Source: a virus
Reading direction: 5' to 3' (one strand)
Virus record (IMG/VR): IMGVR_UViG_3300028569_000019
Location: 1-64,000 of that record
DNA: 64,000 nt
Of the stretch, positions 43,601 through 55,200 are shown piece after piece. Every line of letters begins with the position of its first letter. Position 1 is the stretch's first letter. Both the position numbers and the translations under genes were made by a program. The notes under the pieces were generated by a model. It made no database searches. It was not told the DNA's origin and saw nothing but the letters and a program-made list of their open reading frames with translations.

Positions 43601-45279
43601 AAGTTTTAAAAGACCCACTTGATAATCAATATTTTGATGAGCATTCCTATAATTTAGACTCAATATCAATACCAAATAAGGAAGATGTTTATTCCAATTT
43701 GTTTTATTTATGGAGTTTTGATACGCCTGTAGATTTGTATTCACCTTCATCTATCCGTACATCTGTAGATAATCAAAATATTTATTATCAGACACAATTC
43801 TTTGCTTATAATTTTGGTCAAAAAGAAAAATATTTTAGTTATCCAACTTGTTCCAATGTATTGATAAATCAATTTCCATATCAGTTTGATAAAATCAATG
43901 TTAAACAAACTATAAATACAAATAATTTTGGGCCAAATTATAAGATTAACAGTAAGATAAACAAAATAACAGAAACTGCGTTGTCTAATTTAACACCATA
44001 CGATTATTCAACACGTATTCAGGACAGTTTGGGTGATGATTCCATCTTATCTGGATTTTTTATAAGTCCATATAACTATTTGAATCAAAAAATAGAGAAT
44101 TTTATAGGTTTAGATGGTATAGCAGATATCATCGGTGAACCTGAAAATCTAACTAAACAAAATTATGTTGGTTTAACTACCTTACAACGTGAATTTGGAA
44201 AAATCAATGAAAAATATGTATATCCACAAGAATTTTACAGTACGTATAAATTCTATATTGATTTTTCTGTATTTGACGTTGTACAAAATTTAAAACCAGC
44301 TAGATCCAATTTATTAACAGGAGTTTTATTGGAGCCAAGCTTATTTGAACGTAAAAAGTTTAACTATAGAGATGTAGAGTTTGTAACAAATAATGAATTT
44401 AATTTATATTTTAATAATAAAGCTACATTTACATCTTCATTAATAAATACGAACAATACTTCAAGCTTTACTATAGTAACTAGTTCACGTGTTAATGACA
44501 TTACATCTGATAAAAATACATACAACTATTCTCGTCTCGAAATTAAAGATGCAATAGATGATCGTGATTTTATTTATGCAAAATATGGGAAGTATGTATT
44601 TGTTGATCCAAATGGATACAATGTACGTGACACCGTTAATGTATCAAGAAATGATTATTATCAATGCGTTAATAATGATGGATTTGTAGTAACATTTACA
44701 TCTTCGTTTGATGAAGTTCAAGTTATTGGGTCTGGGTCAGGATATTCAACAGGTACATCTGGCACAGCAGGTTCTTCTGGTACATCTGGTACATCCGGAA
44801 CATCAGGCACTTCAGGCACATCTGGTACAAACTATATAGGATTTAATGTTCAAGTTACAGGAAGTAAGTACTTAAAAAACTACTATAAAGGTGTGTTTAA
44901 TACAGGATATTCTAATAGACATTTAAGTAAGTTCTCATTTGTTGGAAGTAGAACTAAATATCAAGCAGTAAGTGGTTCTAAGACGCAACTTTTGAATGGA
45001 CTAAAGTTGAATTCAAAAGGCGATATTACATATTATACTTATACCAAGGGTAAAAATGATCAAAATAGTACTGTAAATAGAGATGGCATTACAAATGGAA
45101 GTGCGCCTGTTATTACTATACCTGGATTTTTAAGTTTGAATATCGAAACTAATAATGCTCCTATATATGGCGACACAACTGGATCAATTGGTAGTCCAGA
45201 CTCACTATTCACGCAATTACCACTAACCGCTTCTTTACTAACCAGTGCAAGTTTGGAAAGATACATAATGAATTTATAA
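40654..45279 (+). CDS. Large baseplate/tail structural protein (gp7-like position)
   Basis: EISPSRTEIRL, MVGHFFDNI, YKSKGT, REYG motifs; 1541 aa. Confidence 0.65.
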   Translation: MPYDYLTINDNDLNKGITSASYLNANLQSLYEQKLVNEDIFYGESDDDLFEFTLYNNNQQLVSFNRVVPSVTYSVLQGSYRDINNVLRSYRFANPFTNIVSYKNDILLHPQFDLNASGVGPGLYYLLYNPVRNIAGNPTNRLVIKEISPSRTEIRLSYAFDTTKNESSRLDAVKITSFADKKYLLLRIYQDLIAIIKNNPIEQDFLLNKDKYNYADICLKLGLKSEAELQEFITSTYVGYNTVIKLNNDTDNAILQTSKFSGVQEQINNFIYTYNNVEFTSEDILESFRIITLKVSQDRVLQKSSINDIDLQNILGLFEQTIYTDWILPQVTNLLENYKTKYYGYYKNALNFDNGNLIKILDHTNYLNPTDDTFNIQVKLDAPLPLQYNVKTTCWISNISIAPIYFKANLFTSKISRKVFLNDINFDVQVNAVNSSTQKFDSNDAFTLDKATIRLKEKYNDLYIDYTDFNNFINYSSAELRTKIAKNKIKDYNQLESVKKSTITSSLNTNALISSSYSQLVNQKTTQQITLLDTFDEYESYLFFNSSSIDDKIDEAITYDSDNYNSLVYQLPEYVKDDSDSADYIKFTAMVGHFFDNILVFIKKFPKAYPISNNDSNYYPKNYIDELLNSFSWNIDIDKFSQSDLNQLYFNNQEIAGYNSASYFDYTKSILNRFANNISSVYKSKGTVNSFEMIRTMFGIPAGIISTREYGSADAFSNRDNYFVYDDIIYMTDFKENNFLNFEHTSSDFIYTTSSYYASGSNINTLTSSVEYASRFNGISTIEFSLRFKSTDYNFGDKIQLLSKYRNKKSDWNLFVKKSKQVESGQLIFEIHPYELGNTTSSLVLNEMPLLNGNIFTVMLKREPIAGDFDKLNISSSKIINQVTPFIIEDDGDFVVEDDNDFVTLASQKTTLTSSYFVNSTKEYIPYVYSLSINQYDGSTKNFSSTKRKIISHTANRNFSSGSYYIGNYSSSVSFIGNLDKIKVLKDPLDNQYFDEHSYNLDSISIPNKEDVYSNLFYLWSFDTPVDLYSPSSIRTSVDNQNIYYQTQFFAYNFGQKEKYFSYPTCSNVLINQFPYQFDKINVKQTINTNNFGPNYKINSKINKITETALSNLTPYDYSTRIQDSLGDDSILSGFFISPYNYLNQKIENFIGLDGIADIIGEPENLTKQNYVGLTTLQREFGKINEKYVYPQEFYSTYKFYIDFSVFDVVQNLKPARSNLLTGVLLEPSLFERKKFNYRDVEFVTNNEFNLYFNNKATFTSSLINTNNTSSFTIVTSSRVNDITSDKNTYNYSRLEIKDAIDDRDFIYAKYGKYVFVDPNGYNVRDTVNVSRNDYYQCVNNDGFVVTFTSSFDEVQVIGSGSGYSTGTSGTAGSSGTSGTSGTSGTSGTSGTNYIGFNVQVTGSKYLKNYYKGVFNTGYSNRHLSKFSFVGSRTKYQAVSGSKTQLLNGLKLNSKGDITYYTYTKGKNDQNSTVNRDGITNGSAPVITIPGFLSLNIETNNAPIYGDTTGSIGSPDSLFTQLPLTASLLTSASLERYIMNL
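44752..44829 (+). repeat. 9-bp coding repeat (GTS)n
   Basis: GGTACATCT-like units encoding GTSGTAGSSGTSGTSGTSGTSGTSGT. Confidence 0.9.
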
Positions 45280-45325
45280 TTCATATTTTTGAGTAAAAAT
45301 TAAAACTTATCAATAATTATTATAT

Positions 45326-45967
45326 ATGGCATATTTAAATAACAACATTCTTACAGTGAATGCTGTATTGACTAAAAAGGGAAGAGAAATCCTCGCAAAA
45401 ACGGGTGGATTAAACATTACAGCCTTTGCTTTGGCTGACGATGAAATTGATTACACGCAGTTTAATCCAAATCATCCACTAGGTAGTGCATATTACGACA
45501 TAGCTATTCGTAACACTCCTATTATGGAACCTATTACGGATGAGTCACAATCAATGAAGTATAAGTTAGTAACTTTAAATGACGGAGTAACGTCTGTGCC
45601 AACAATAAGTGTAGCACAAAGTGTAATTACTGTAGATAGAGATTATACAGGCGAACTCTTAATTAGTCCTAGTACAAACCCAACTTACAATGTTACCCTT
45701 GGGTATACCGCAATTTTGGCAAATAAAAACGTTGGCACATTGGTTGTGACCGAAACAAATAGTTTGAATTCAACCAGTGCTACAATTCCTACTTTCTCAG
45801 GAGATTTAACTTCACAAACTTCTCAAGTAGTAGTAGGTAACAAATTTAGATTTGTTCCAAATGCTGGTTTGTCTAAAACTACAACCACTAATATTACAAT
45901 TATTGGCAATGAAAGTGGTGGTAATACATCCATTACAGTGACAGTTAAAGTTCCAACAACAACATAA
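45326..45967 (+). CDS. Virion structural protein (baseplate/tail)
   Basis: LTKKGRE.LA...ITAFALADDEIDY motif. Confidence 0.7.
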   Translation: MAYLNNNILTVNAVLTKKGREILAKTGGLNITAFALADDEIDYTQFNPNHPLGSAYYDIAIRNTPIMEPITDESQSMKYKLVTLNDGVTSVPTISVAQSVITVDRDYTGELLISPSTNPTYNVTLGYTAILANKNVGTLVVTETNSLNSTSATIPTFSGDLTSQTSQVVVGNKFRFVPNAGLSKTTTTNITIIGNESGGNTSITVTVKVPTTT

Positions 45968-45969
45968 TT

Positions 45970-47088
45970 ATGATATTTAGTAAATTTAATAATGACGACA
46001 TCGTAGTGGGTAGAATAAATCAAGTATCTTCTGGTTTATTTGGAACTGGCAGTTTATTTGTTAGTCAATCTACGTTTGTAACACAATCAGGTGTTACTGG
46101 TCAAGCTAATCAACTTACTGGTTCCAGTCCATATGATGTGAGAAATGGTCAATATTATCTTGATATTTACTCAGGTGGCGACTTATATTTTGATGTAGCA
46201 TATGGCGATTATGCAAATAGTGGTAGTTCACTTTTCGATGTCACTACTTATACAACTCCAGTATTGACAAATGAAACAAAAGTCATCTATTCTCAATACA
46301 AAAATACGCTCTTACAACCAGGTGATACTTTATTTAGTTTTGCATCTGGAAGCGTGGATAATATCGTGGATAGTGAAGCTATTTATGTAATTAGTTATGC
46401 CGCCGACAAATTTAAAGATCAAACAGACCCTGGGCAAATACAAATTTCTTTCAGTGGATCAGTTGGACCAAAGAAATTTACATTTATCGATGATTCACAA
46501 GTTGTAAATAAACAACAAAATTCATACAATTTAATTTCCGGATCAATTGTAAATGGAATCGCTACGCCTTATTTGAAAAATGGATCGCCTGTTTATGCAG
46601 GCATCGGTCTACTATATCCATCGAATGGCGTTATCGTATTTAATGCTATAAACCTAGATAGGTACGTTGGAATTACAGCTGGTCAACAAATTTTAAATAG
46701 AAAAAACTATTCCAATAGTGTAACTACCACAAATCGAAGTGGATACTGGAAAGTTTGGACAAGAGATTTTTATAATTCTTTAAGAAGATCCAAATCAACT
46801 ATGGGTGTTAGAAAGTCTGAATTTGTACCTTCTACAAATTACTTCGTTCGTGTTAAAAATAAAGAATTTAATTATAGCAACAATCCAACTTTTGTTTCTG
46901 ATGGAACTGATGGTTTGACTAAAGGAACTATTATTTATCAAGATTTGATTAATAATCCAAGAACCTATATTACCTCGGTTGGTTTATATAATGATAATAA
47001 CGAACTATTGGCAATTGGTAAAATTAGTCAGCCTACAATGAAATCCTTTGATAACGAATTATTGATTAAGGTGCGGATTGATTTCTAA
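45970..47088 (+). CDS. Virion structural protein
   Basis: C-terminal TYITSVGLYND..ELLAIGK..QP..K motif, shared with 47825..50401. Confidence 0.7.
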   Translation: MIFSKFNNDDIVVGRINQVSSGLFGTGSLFVSQSTFVTQSGVTGQANQLTGSSPYDVRNGQYYLDIYSGGDLYFDVAYGDYANSGSSLFDVTTYTTPVLTNETKVIYSQYKNTLLQPGDTLFSFASGSVDNIVDSEAIYVISYAADKFKDQTDPGQIQISFSGSVGPKKFTFIDDSQVVNKQQNSYNLISGSIVNGIATPYLKNGSPVYAGIGLLYPSNGVIVFNAINLDRYVGITAGQQILNRKNYSNSVTTTNRSGYWKVWTRDFYNSLRRSKSTMGVRKSEFVPSTNYFVRVKNKEFNYSNNPTFVSDGTDGLTKGTIIYQDLINNPRTYITSVGLYNDNNELLAIGKISQPTMKSFDNELLIKVRIDF

Positions 47089-47124
47089 TATATAATAGTT
47101 TGTTTTTATTCTATTTATAATAGA

Positions 47125-47823
47125 ATGATCAAATTTTTTAAAACACAAGACGTACTGGTTACCAGATTTACTGTTTCCAAAGAAAAGACGTTTAATAACG
47201 TTTTAAATAATCTTCTTTTTGGCACAGACGGTACTGATGACAGTGCATTTCCGATACAATTGTCTTACGTTTCGTGCGATAATAATAAGTCTGGAAGTTG
47301 TGAGGGAGTTACTTTTGACGATGTATATTTAGCAATTACACAATTTGAAGAATCGTCTCAAATTGATTTTTCAGTGGGTAAATATGTAAATTCTAGCTCT
47401 GTTTTTTATCCGTCGTCAAGTGCTAAATGGAATCCGGTGGTTAATCCTGTAAATGTTAACGGTACATACAAAGGACAGGTTTATAACACTGTAAATAAAA
47501 TGTATTATAATAACTACAATAATAGTTATAACATATTTGGCTTTGACGATTACGATAACCAACGTACAAAATTAGATTTGACTAATGATTTTTCTTTATA
47601 TAGATTAGCCGTTGATCAAACCGGTGATGGAATTAAAAGAAATTCAGTTGTGATATATAATCAATCAGGAGATATAGTTTCCAACATACTCGACGATGGA
47701 AATCATAATTTGATATTGGGTGGTACTTATTTCATTAATAGTTACGAATTTACTACTGGAAGCAAAGATACTGTAGAAAACCGTGGTACTTATGGTTTGG
47801 GTTATTATTTATTGAATACATAG
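47125..47823 (+). CDS. Virion structural protein
   Basis: DDGNHNL motif; operon context. Confidence 0.6.
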   Translation: MIKFFKTQDVLVTRFTVSKEKTFNNVLNNLLFGTDGTDDSAFPIQLSYVSCDNNKSGSCEGVTFDDVYLAITQFEESSQIDFSVGKYVNSSSVFYPSSSAKWNPVVNPVNVNGTYKGQVYNTVNKMYYNNYNNSYNIFGFDDYDNQRTKLDLTNDFSLYRLAVDQTGDGIKRNSVVIYNQSGDIVSNILDDGNHNLILGGTYFINSYEFTTGSKDTVENRGTYGLGYYLLNT

Positions 47824-47824
47824 T

Positions 47825-50401
47825 ATGAGTTTAATTAACATATATAACGAACGATATGGTACCTCTGTTGCTACTAACGGTAATATAATAGCAATAGGAA
47901 ATCCCCCAACTAAAAACTGGAGTTATTCAGAGGGATTTTCCCGCAGAGGACAAATATTGTTGGTTCGTAAAAATCAATTTGAATCAAACTATGAAGTGAT
48001 TAAAACTTTATTCAATGAAAACGATAATTTGTTAACTCCATATTACACAGAACAAAGTAGTAGTATGGTAAACACAAGTTCTTTAATTGCTAATAGTGGC
48101 AGTTTACCAAATGTAAATGCATCGTGTAGTTATTTAACAGTTGAAAACGATACCAAATTTGTTTATCAGAGCAAGTACGGAGAATCTTTGGACGTTAGTG
48201 ATTATTTTCTCGCAGCAAGCGACATTTCACTAACGCAAAGTGTCGATAATAGAAACCTCTTCACACAAAATCAAGTAAACATATATGAAATCGATCCAAA
48301 TTACGTATATGAAAGCGGAAGTATAAGAGCCAAATCCACTGAGTTTACCAAGGAAACTATAAGTACCTATCAAATAAGTTCGACTCCGATTGCTTATTTA
48401 ACATCATCGATAAATTCCCAATTTGGTAAAGCTGTTAGCATTTCAAACAATTATTTAGCGGTGGGTGCGCCGGGTTATAACAATGGCAGAGGATGTGTTT
48501 ATGTTTTTAAGAATGTAAACAATAACTACAATTTTGTGCAAACATTAAGTAGTAGTGTTACTTTAGATCCATATCAATCCGCATTTGGATTCAGTGTTTG
48601 TATAGACAAATATTCTGAAAATAAGTTGGCGGTGGGATGTAACCAAGTGTCCGCTAGCAAAGTGTTTTTATTTACATCTGGTTCAGGTGGATGGAGACTG
48701 TCTCAGAGATTTCAAAATATAACTGGATCTGAATATTTGAAATTGGAAGGTTTTGAATTTGATTTGTATCCATCTGGAAGTTTATCAGCCGCTCAGAAAA
48801 ACAATAGATTTGGTTATTCTGTGTCTTTACATAAAAACGTTCTAGCAATAGGTTCTCCCAATGATCTTTTGTATTATGAATATTCAGGATCAAATCTGTT
48901 AAGACAAAGAGGAGCAACTTATATTTATGAAAACGGATTGTGTCCAACCGGATCCAATCAATATTTGTTTATTGAAAAACTTTATGGCGATGAAATAACC
49001 TTTAAAGATAATATGATGGGTTATTCTGTATCAACATACAATAATAAAGTATTAATAGGATCCCCAAAGCCATATTTCCCATTTAGCTCACTTTACATTT
49101 CTAGTTCAGTTAGATACTATGATAAATTTTATGACGTAAATGATTACGGGGAATCAAGTTACTGTGGTCAATGTTTATATTATAACGTCAGTAATTCTAT
49201 TGTAACGCAGATTACTACAGATCCTATTGCTAAACGAAAAGAGTATAATAAACCATTTAGTGCATTTGGATATTCAGTAGCTTTATCAGAACCAAATTTA
49301 ATTGTTGGATCTCCTATTCCATTAAATGACGATTTATACTTAAGTATACCATTGATAACAGAATCAGGCAGTTACAGTGATCCTAATTATGCAAAAACAT
49401 CATCGTTTAATCCTGAAAACTGTACTGAGTCCGCTGATGTGGTATATTTTCAAATAGAAGACACAGTTTATGGAAGTGGTAGCGTTGAAGCAAAAATTGC
49501 TTTACAAATGGAGGCAGAAACATATACCGATATAGTTGGTAAAGCTTATATTTATGACAATTTAGATTTAAAAACAAATTATCCCGTTGGTAATATTTTT
49601 TATAACAACAATAGTTTGGTTTTGAATAACACAGGCAGTGTACTGAATTTGTTGACAAGAGATCCTGTTAACCCCGACCAACCATCTTTGTATATGGATT
49701 ATAGGACTCTCATAACAACTTATGAAAAGCAGTATATTTGCACAATAATGCCTGGGGAATTTAATATATCAACGAATCCTACAGCTACAACTTCATCACT
49801 GATAAATTATTGTGTATTTAACAAGAGCACATTTAATTTCGAAAATTTGGATATCATTTTAAGATATATAAACTATAAGAACGTTGTACCTGGTTCTGAA
49901 AAATGGTATTTAAATATGATATCAAATGATGTAGAACAAAACATTTTTGGGTTCTACACTTCGTCTTATTTAAATTATAACACCAATTTACTAACATCTG
50001 ATTTGAAAAATATATTGGCAGAAAAGAATTTGGATGTGGATAATGATGGTAAAGTAGATGTTTACGACGGTAAAATGATGTGGAAGTATTTCATTGAAAA
50101 ATTAAACTTCACCAATTATAAATCTTATTTGAACACCTTAAGCAATCGAAATAACTACGATGACATTATTAGATTCTTGGATAACCAAACAGGTAAATCA
50201 ATCAAGAATTATGTCAAACAACCATTTTTCAATTATCAATATAGTTCATCAATTGATCCAACGGGATCTTACTTAGCACCATATATAACTACAGTTGGAT
50301 TATACAGTGGATGTGACTTGGTTGCAGTGGCTAAATTAGCACAACCAATTAAAAATACGGGAGAAATTCCAATAAATATTTCTGTTAAATGGGACACTTA
50401 A
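47825..50401 (+). CDS. Virion protein with FG-GAP-like beta-propeller repeats and an EF-hand/dockerin-like loop
   Basis: FGKAVSISNNYLAVGAP, FGYSVSLHKNVLAIGSP, FGYSVALSEPNLIVGSP; DVDNDGKVDVYD. Confidence 0.75.
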   Translation: MSLINIYNERYGTSVATNGNIIAIGNPPTKNWSYSEGFSRRGQILLVRKNQFESNYEVIKTLFNENDNLLTPYYTEQSSSMVNTSSLIANSGSLPNVNASCSYLTVENDTKFVYQSKYGESLDVSDYFLAASDISLTQSVDNRNLFTQNQVNIYEIDPNYVYESGSIRAKSTEFTKETISTYQISSTPIAYLTSSINSQFGKAVSISNNYLAVGAPGYNNGRGCVYVFKNVNNNYNFVQTLSSSVTLDPYQSAFGFSVCIDKYSENKLAVGCNQVSASKVFLFTSGSGGWRLSQRFQNITGSEYLKLEGFEFDLYPSGSLSAAQKNNRFGYSVSLHKNVLAIGSPNDLLYYEYSGSNLLRQRGATYIYENGLCPTGSNQYLFIEKLYGDEITFKDNMMGYSVSTYNNKVLIGSPKPYFPFSSLYISSSVRYYDKFYDVNDYGESSYCGQCLYYNVSNSIVTQITTDPIAKRKEYNKPFSAFGYSVALSEPNLIVGSPIPLNDDLYLSIPLITESGSYSDPNYAKTSSFNPENCTESADVVYFQIEDTVYGSGSVEAKIALQMEAETYTDIVGKAYIYDNLDLKTNYPVGNIFYNNNSLVLNNTGSVLNLLTRDPVNPDQPSLYMDYRTLITTYEKQYICTIMPGEFNISTNPTATTSSLINYCVFNKSTFNFENLDIILRYINYKNVVPGSEKWYLNMISNDVEQNIFGFYTSSYLNYNTNLLTSDLKNILAEKNLDVDNDGKVDVYDGKMMWKYFIEKLNFTNYKSYLNTLSNRNNYDDIIRFLDNQTGKSIKNYVKQPFFNYQYSSSIDPTGSYLAPYITTVGLYSGCDLVAVAKLAQPIKNTGEIPINISVKWDT

Positions 50402-50430
50402 TTATATTTATTATATAATAGAACAAATAT

Positions 50431-50736
50431 ATGGCAACATCACCAGACGCAAAAGTAATTGACCGTGAATCATTGAAGACCAATTTGGAAGCTAGATATT
50501 TAGCTAAACAAAAAGCTGGTGGCACATTCAATGCGTATAAATCTGATGCAGCTACGCCTGGTAATATGTTGGAAGGCTTGCAAGGTGGACTCGGATATAC
50601 ACAAAAATCACGTGCTTGGACCACTGAACCAGGGTTTAAGACAAAATCTCAGACTATGCAAGAAAATTTCAACGAGAAAGCTTTGAATTACTCTGACACT
50701 TTGCCAGGATTTAATACGAAACGATATTATCGTTGA
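50431..50736 (+). CDS. Hypothetical protein
   Basis: 101-aa ORF, TATTTAT upstream. Confidence 0.65.
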   Translation: MATSPDAKVIDRESLKTNLEARYLAKQKAGGTFNAYKSDAATPGNMLEGLQGGLGYTQKSRAWTTEPGFKTKSQTMQENFNEKALNYSDTLPGFNTKRYYR

Positions 50737-50748
50737 TATGTATTTTAA

Positions 50749-51261
50749 ATGGTTATATTAGGTTTAGATTCATCTACATCAGTTACAGGTTGGGCATTTA
50801 GTAAAGACGGAAAAGTCTTGGATGCTGGTTATATTGATACCAAAAAGTTTGAAACAACAAAAGAAAAAACTTATTTTGTTATATCTGAACTGGAAAAGAA
50901 TTCGTTAATTAAAGATGTCACTGATATTAATTTGGAAGCAGCTCTTAGTGGTTTCGCCGGCGGATTCACATCCCAACAAGTTATAATCACATTAGCCCGT
51001 CACAATGCAGTGTTTGCTTACATTATAGAAGAACACTTCAAAGTCAAGGTAAATCTGTTATCGGTTAACACTATGCGCAAACAGTTGTTTGGTAAGTGTA
51101 GAATCAAGGGAATTAAATCAAAAGACTTTGTGAGAATTGAGCTTGAAAAGATGTTGCCCGAAGTCACCAAGTTCACAGTACTAAATAAAAAAGGCAATTG
51201 GGATGAACGAAACGGCGATATGTACGATGGAATAGTCTGCTCTCTATATAAAAAGTTGTAA
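50749..51261 (+). CDS. RuvC-like Holliday junction resolvase
   Basis: ILGLDSSTSVTGW, INLE, DMYDG acidic catalytic pattern. Confidence 0.82.
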   Translation: MVILGLDSSTSVTGWAFSKDGKVLDAGYIDTKKFETTKEKTYFVISELEKNSLIKDVTDINLEAALSGFAGGFTSQQVIITLARHNAVFAYIIEEHFKVKVNLLSVNTMRKQLFGKCRIKGIKSKDFVRIELEKMLPEVTKFTVLNKKGNWDERNGDMYDGIVCSLYKKL

Positions 51262-51290
51262 ACTACAAAATCTGTGTTATACTGTTTAAA

Positions 51291-52202
51291 ATGACTGTAG
51301 TTGACACTCTATCAAGATTATTTAAACAAAAGGTTCACATCCAAAAAGGCGGTGAAGAAATTCTTGTTTTTTGTCCCAATTGCAAACATCATAAACGAAA
51401 GTTAAACATAAATACCAAAACTGGTTTTTACCAATGTTGGGTATGTAACTTTAGCGGAAAAAGTTTTCATAGTCTTCTTAAAAAAGTAAAAGCGCCCAAA
51501 GAATATTATGACGTTTTATGTAAAGATGTACCAAAACGAAATAACGTCGAAGTAAAAGAAGAAAAAAAGATATTAAGTTTGCCTGAGGAGTTTAAACCGT
51601 TGTGTAAACCAAATAGTGATATTGAATATAAACGTGCTTTGAGTTATTGTTTAAATAGAAATATAACTACACTTGATATAGTTAGATACAATATTGGTTA
51701 TTGCAATAGTGGTGCATTTATAAATAGAGTAATTGTGCCATCATATGACTCCACAGGAAAACTTAACTTTTATTGTGGTAGATCATTTTATGATGGATAT
51801 CTCAAATATAGATTGTGTGATGGTAGCAAGGACATCGTAGGGTTTGAGTTGTTTACAGATTTTAATAAACCGATTACTTTGGTTGAAGGTGTATTTGATG
51901 CTATGTCTGTGAAATATAACGCAATACCTCTTTTTGGGAAAACCTTATCCAAAACACTCAGAATGAAGTTGATGGATAATAAACCACCTAGAGTAAATGT
52001 GCTTTTGGATAACGATGCATTATCATCAAGTCTGAAAATTTGTGATTTTTTACTTGCCAACAATATAGAAACTTATTTGGTACGACTTGATGGTAAAGAT
52101 CCAAATGAATTGGGTCACGAAAAGACTTGGCAAACCATACACAACAGTGTTAGAATGAATGAGAGTCTACTGTACAAGTTTAAATTAACGGTTAAATTAT
52201 GA
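51291..52202 (+). CDS. DNA primase (Zn finger + TOPRIM)
   Basis: CPNC...CWVC, LVEGVFDAM, LLDND, KDPNE. Confidence 0.9.
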   Translation: MTVVDTLSRLFKQKVHIQKGGEEILVFCPNCKHHKRKLNINTKTGFYQCWVCNFSGKSFHSLLKKVKAPKEYYDVLCKDVPKRNNVEVKEEKKILSLPEEFKPLCKPNSDIEYKRALSYCLNRNITTLDIVRYNIGYCNSGAFINRVIVPSYDSTGKLNFYCGRSFYDGYLKYRLCDGSKDIVGFELFTDFNKPITLVEGVFDAMSVKYNAIPLFGKTLSKTLRMKLMDNKPPRVNVLLDNDALSSSLKICDFLLANNIETYLVRLDGKDPNELGHEKTWQTIHNSVRMNESLLYKFKLTVKL

Positions 52203-55200
52203 TTATACTAAAAAATACCGACGATAAAATCAACTGCGTGATGCATGTTGCAGATATTCACATTCGTCTAACAAAACGACACGACGAATATACATCTGTA
52301 TTTGATCGGTTTTATAATGCTTTAGATAAAGCTAAATCATTAAATGCAATCTTAGTTATTGCTGGCGATGTTTTTCACAATAAATCAGATTTAAGTCCCG
52401 AGTGTGTTAAAATTGGAAGCGACTTTCTAAAAAGTTGTGCTGATCGTGTACCCGTAATTTTAACAGCTGGTAACCACGATGCTACGTTAGCAAACAAGTC
52501 AAGATTGGATTGTTTAACTCCAATTGTACAGGCATTAAATCACCCAAACCTTTACTATCTAAAAGATACCGAAGTATATCGTTATCAAAACATCTTATTT
52601 AATAATTTCAGTGTATTTGATGATCCTGATAAGTATATTCGATATAAGGATATTCCATCTAAACATCGTGTGGAAACCGATCATCACATTGCATTATTCC
52701 ACGGTCCAGTAAACCACGCTGTTACTGATGTTGGATATACTGTAAGTAATCGTGCTATTACAAATCAACTATTTGATGGACATCACATTGCAATGTTGGG
52801 TGACATTCATAAACATCAAATTCTACAAGAATATGATGAAACTGAAGGTAAGCCTGTAATTGTATACGCCGGATCTATGATTCAACAGAATCACGGCGAA
52901 GATCTTAAAGGACACGGATTTTTGATGTGGGATCTAAAGAGAAAAGTTTATAAACACTATGAACTAAAGAATGATTATGGCTTTTATACAATTGAAATCA
53001 ATAAAGGTAAGTTGATAACTGATATCAGTGACATCCCAAAAAAAGTTCGTATTCGTACACTTTGTTGTGAATCTATTCCATCTCAGGTAAAAGAAATTAT
53101 CAATGAAGTTAAGAATAAGTGCGATATTATCGAGACCACATTTAATCGAATTGATGAACCCACAACAGATTTGACTTTAAAATCCGGTCAAATATTTGAT
53201 ATCCATAACATCTTTGATGTAGACTATCAAAATAAACTGATTGAAGAAAATCTTCTATCAAAGAACGTTTCAACTGATTTGATTTATAAAGTCAAAGAGT
53301 TGAATAAAACTATTAATTTAGAAATACCAAAAGATAAAGCTCCAAAGAATATTCGTTGGAAGCCAAAGATTTTTGAATTTGATAATATGTTTAGTTATGG
53401 TGAAGGAAACTTAATTGACTTTACCAAATTGAAAGGTACAATTGGACTATTTGCACCTAATGCTAGTGGTAAGTCTAGTATTATGGACGCATTGGCATTT
53501 TGTGTATTCGATAAGTTTAGCAAAGGATACAAAGCTGTACATGTATTGAATACTCAGAAAATGAGTTTTCGTTGTAAGTTCAACTTTGAAGTAAATGGAG
53601 TCGATTATTTCATTGAACGAGACGGCAAGGCTGATAAAAAAGGAAATGTCAAAGTAGATGTCAAGTTTTATAAAATTGAAAATGGCAATGAAGTACCATT
53701 GAATGGTGAAGCTCGTCGTAGTACCAACGATATTATCAGAGATTATGTTGGTACATATGAAGACTTTATTCTTACAGTATTAAGTATTCAAAATAGTAAA
53801 ACTGGATCATTTATTGATTTGGGTCAGACTGAACGTAAAGACTTATTGTGTCAATTTATGGGTCTAACTGTATTTGATCAATTATACACTATTGCAAATG
53901 ATAAGTTTAAGGAAACAAATACACTACTTAAGAATATAAGCAAAGATAGTTTAATTGAAGATTTACAAAATGTTTCTGGTAGCATTGATCTAAATAATAA
54001 AAATATATCACAGTATAATTGTGATATTAAAGATTTAGAGGTCAAGAAAGAAGATCAGAATAATAAGCTTCTAGAGTTGTCTAATAATATCATTAAAACA
54101 GCTAATTTTGATTTTGATATCACCAAATTAGAATCTGAAAAGACACAGTTGGAATCTAAGATCAATGCATTTGAAACTGATATAAACCAGAAAAAAACTA
54201 AGTTTTCATCAATTGAAACTCAACTTTCAGATTTATCTTCTTCTTTGAAGAGTTGTGAAAATATAGAAAGTGATTATGATCAATATAAAATCTGTAAAGA
54301 TAACGAGTCTAAAAAGTCTTCTGAAATAGAAAAACTTAAGGTAGTAGTTAAGAATAAAATTGATAAGTTGAAAAAGTTAGAGGAACACAAGTATGATCCT
54401 AATTGCACGTACTGCGTAAATAACGTATTCGTAAAAGATGCTATTAAAACTAAGGAAGAACTTGAACTTGATAAAAACAAGGGCAAAATCTTAGTAGAAG
54501 AATTTAATGTCATCAAATCTAAGTTGGATTCATTTGGAGATATTGAATCTCGTTATAAGGAATGTCAACGTGTAGATGCCGAAAAAGTTAAATTAGAAAA
54601 GACCAAAGAAGTTTTATCTACGGCAATATTACGTGATGAAAATTTCAAGATCCGATTGCAAAATGATTTGAATGGGGTAATTCAAAACATTGAAACTTTT
54701 TATAAGAACAAGGATATTATTGAAAACAATTCCAAACTACTTGTTAGTGTTAATGAAGTAAAAACTATTGTTAAGAATATTGAATCGGAGATTAAATCGG
54801 TCAATAATAAATTGTTTAACTCTTCCACTGAAAAGGGCAAGTTGGAATTGCAATATAAAAATACTACGGAACAACTAAATAAAGTTAAAGAACTTGAAGC
54901 TTCATACGAGGCTTATAAGTTGTATACTAATATTATTAGTCGAGACGGTATTCCATATGAAATCATCACCAAAACATTGCCTGAAATTGAAAAAGAGGTA
55001 AATAATATTCTACAACAACTTGTTGAATTTACCATCACTCTTCAGACAGACGGCAAGAACATTATGACTAACATTGTTTACGATGATAAGCGTTGGCCAT
55101 TAGAAATGGCCAGTGGTATGGAGAAGTTCGTCAGTGGTTTGGCTATCAGAGTATCATTAATCAATATTAGCAATTTACCAAGACCAAATATCATTTGTAT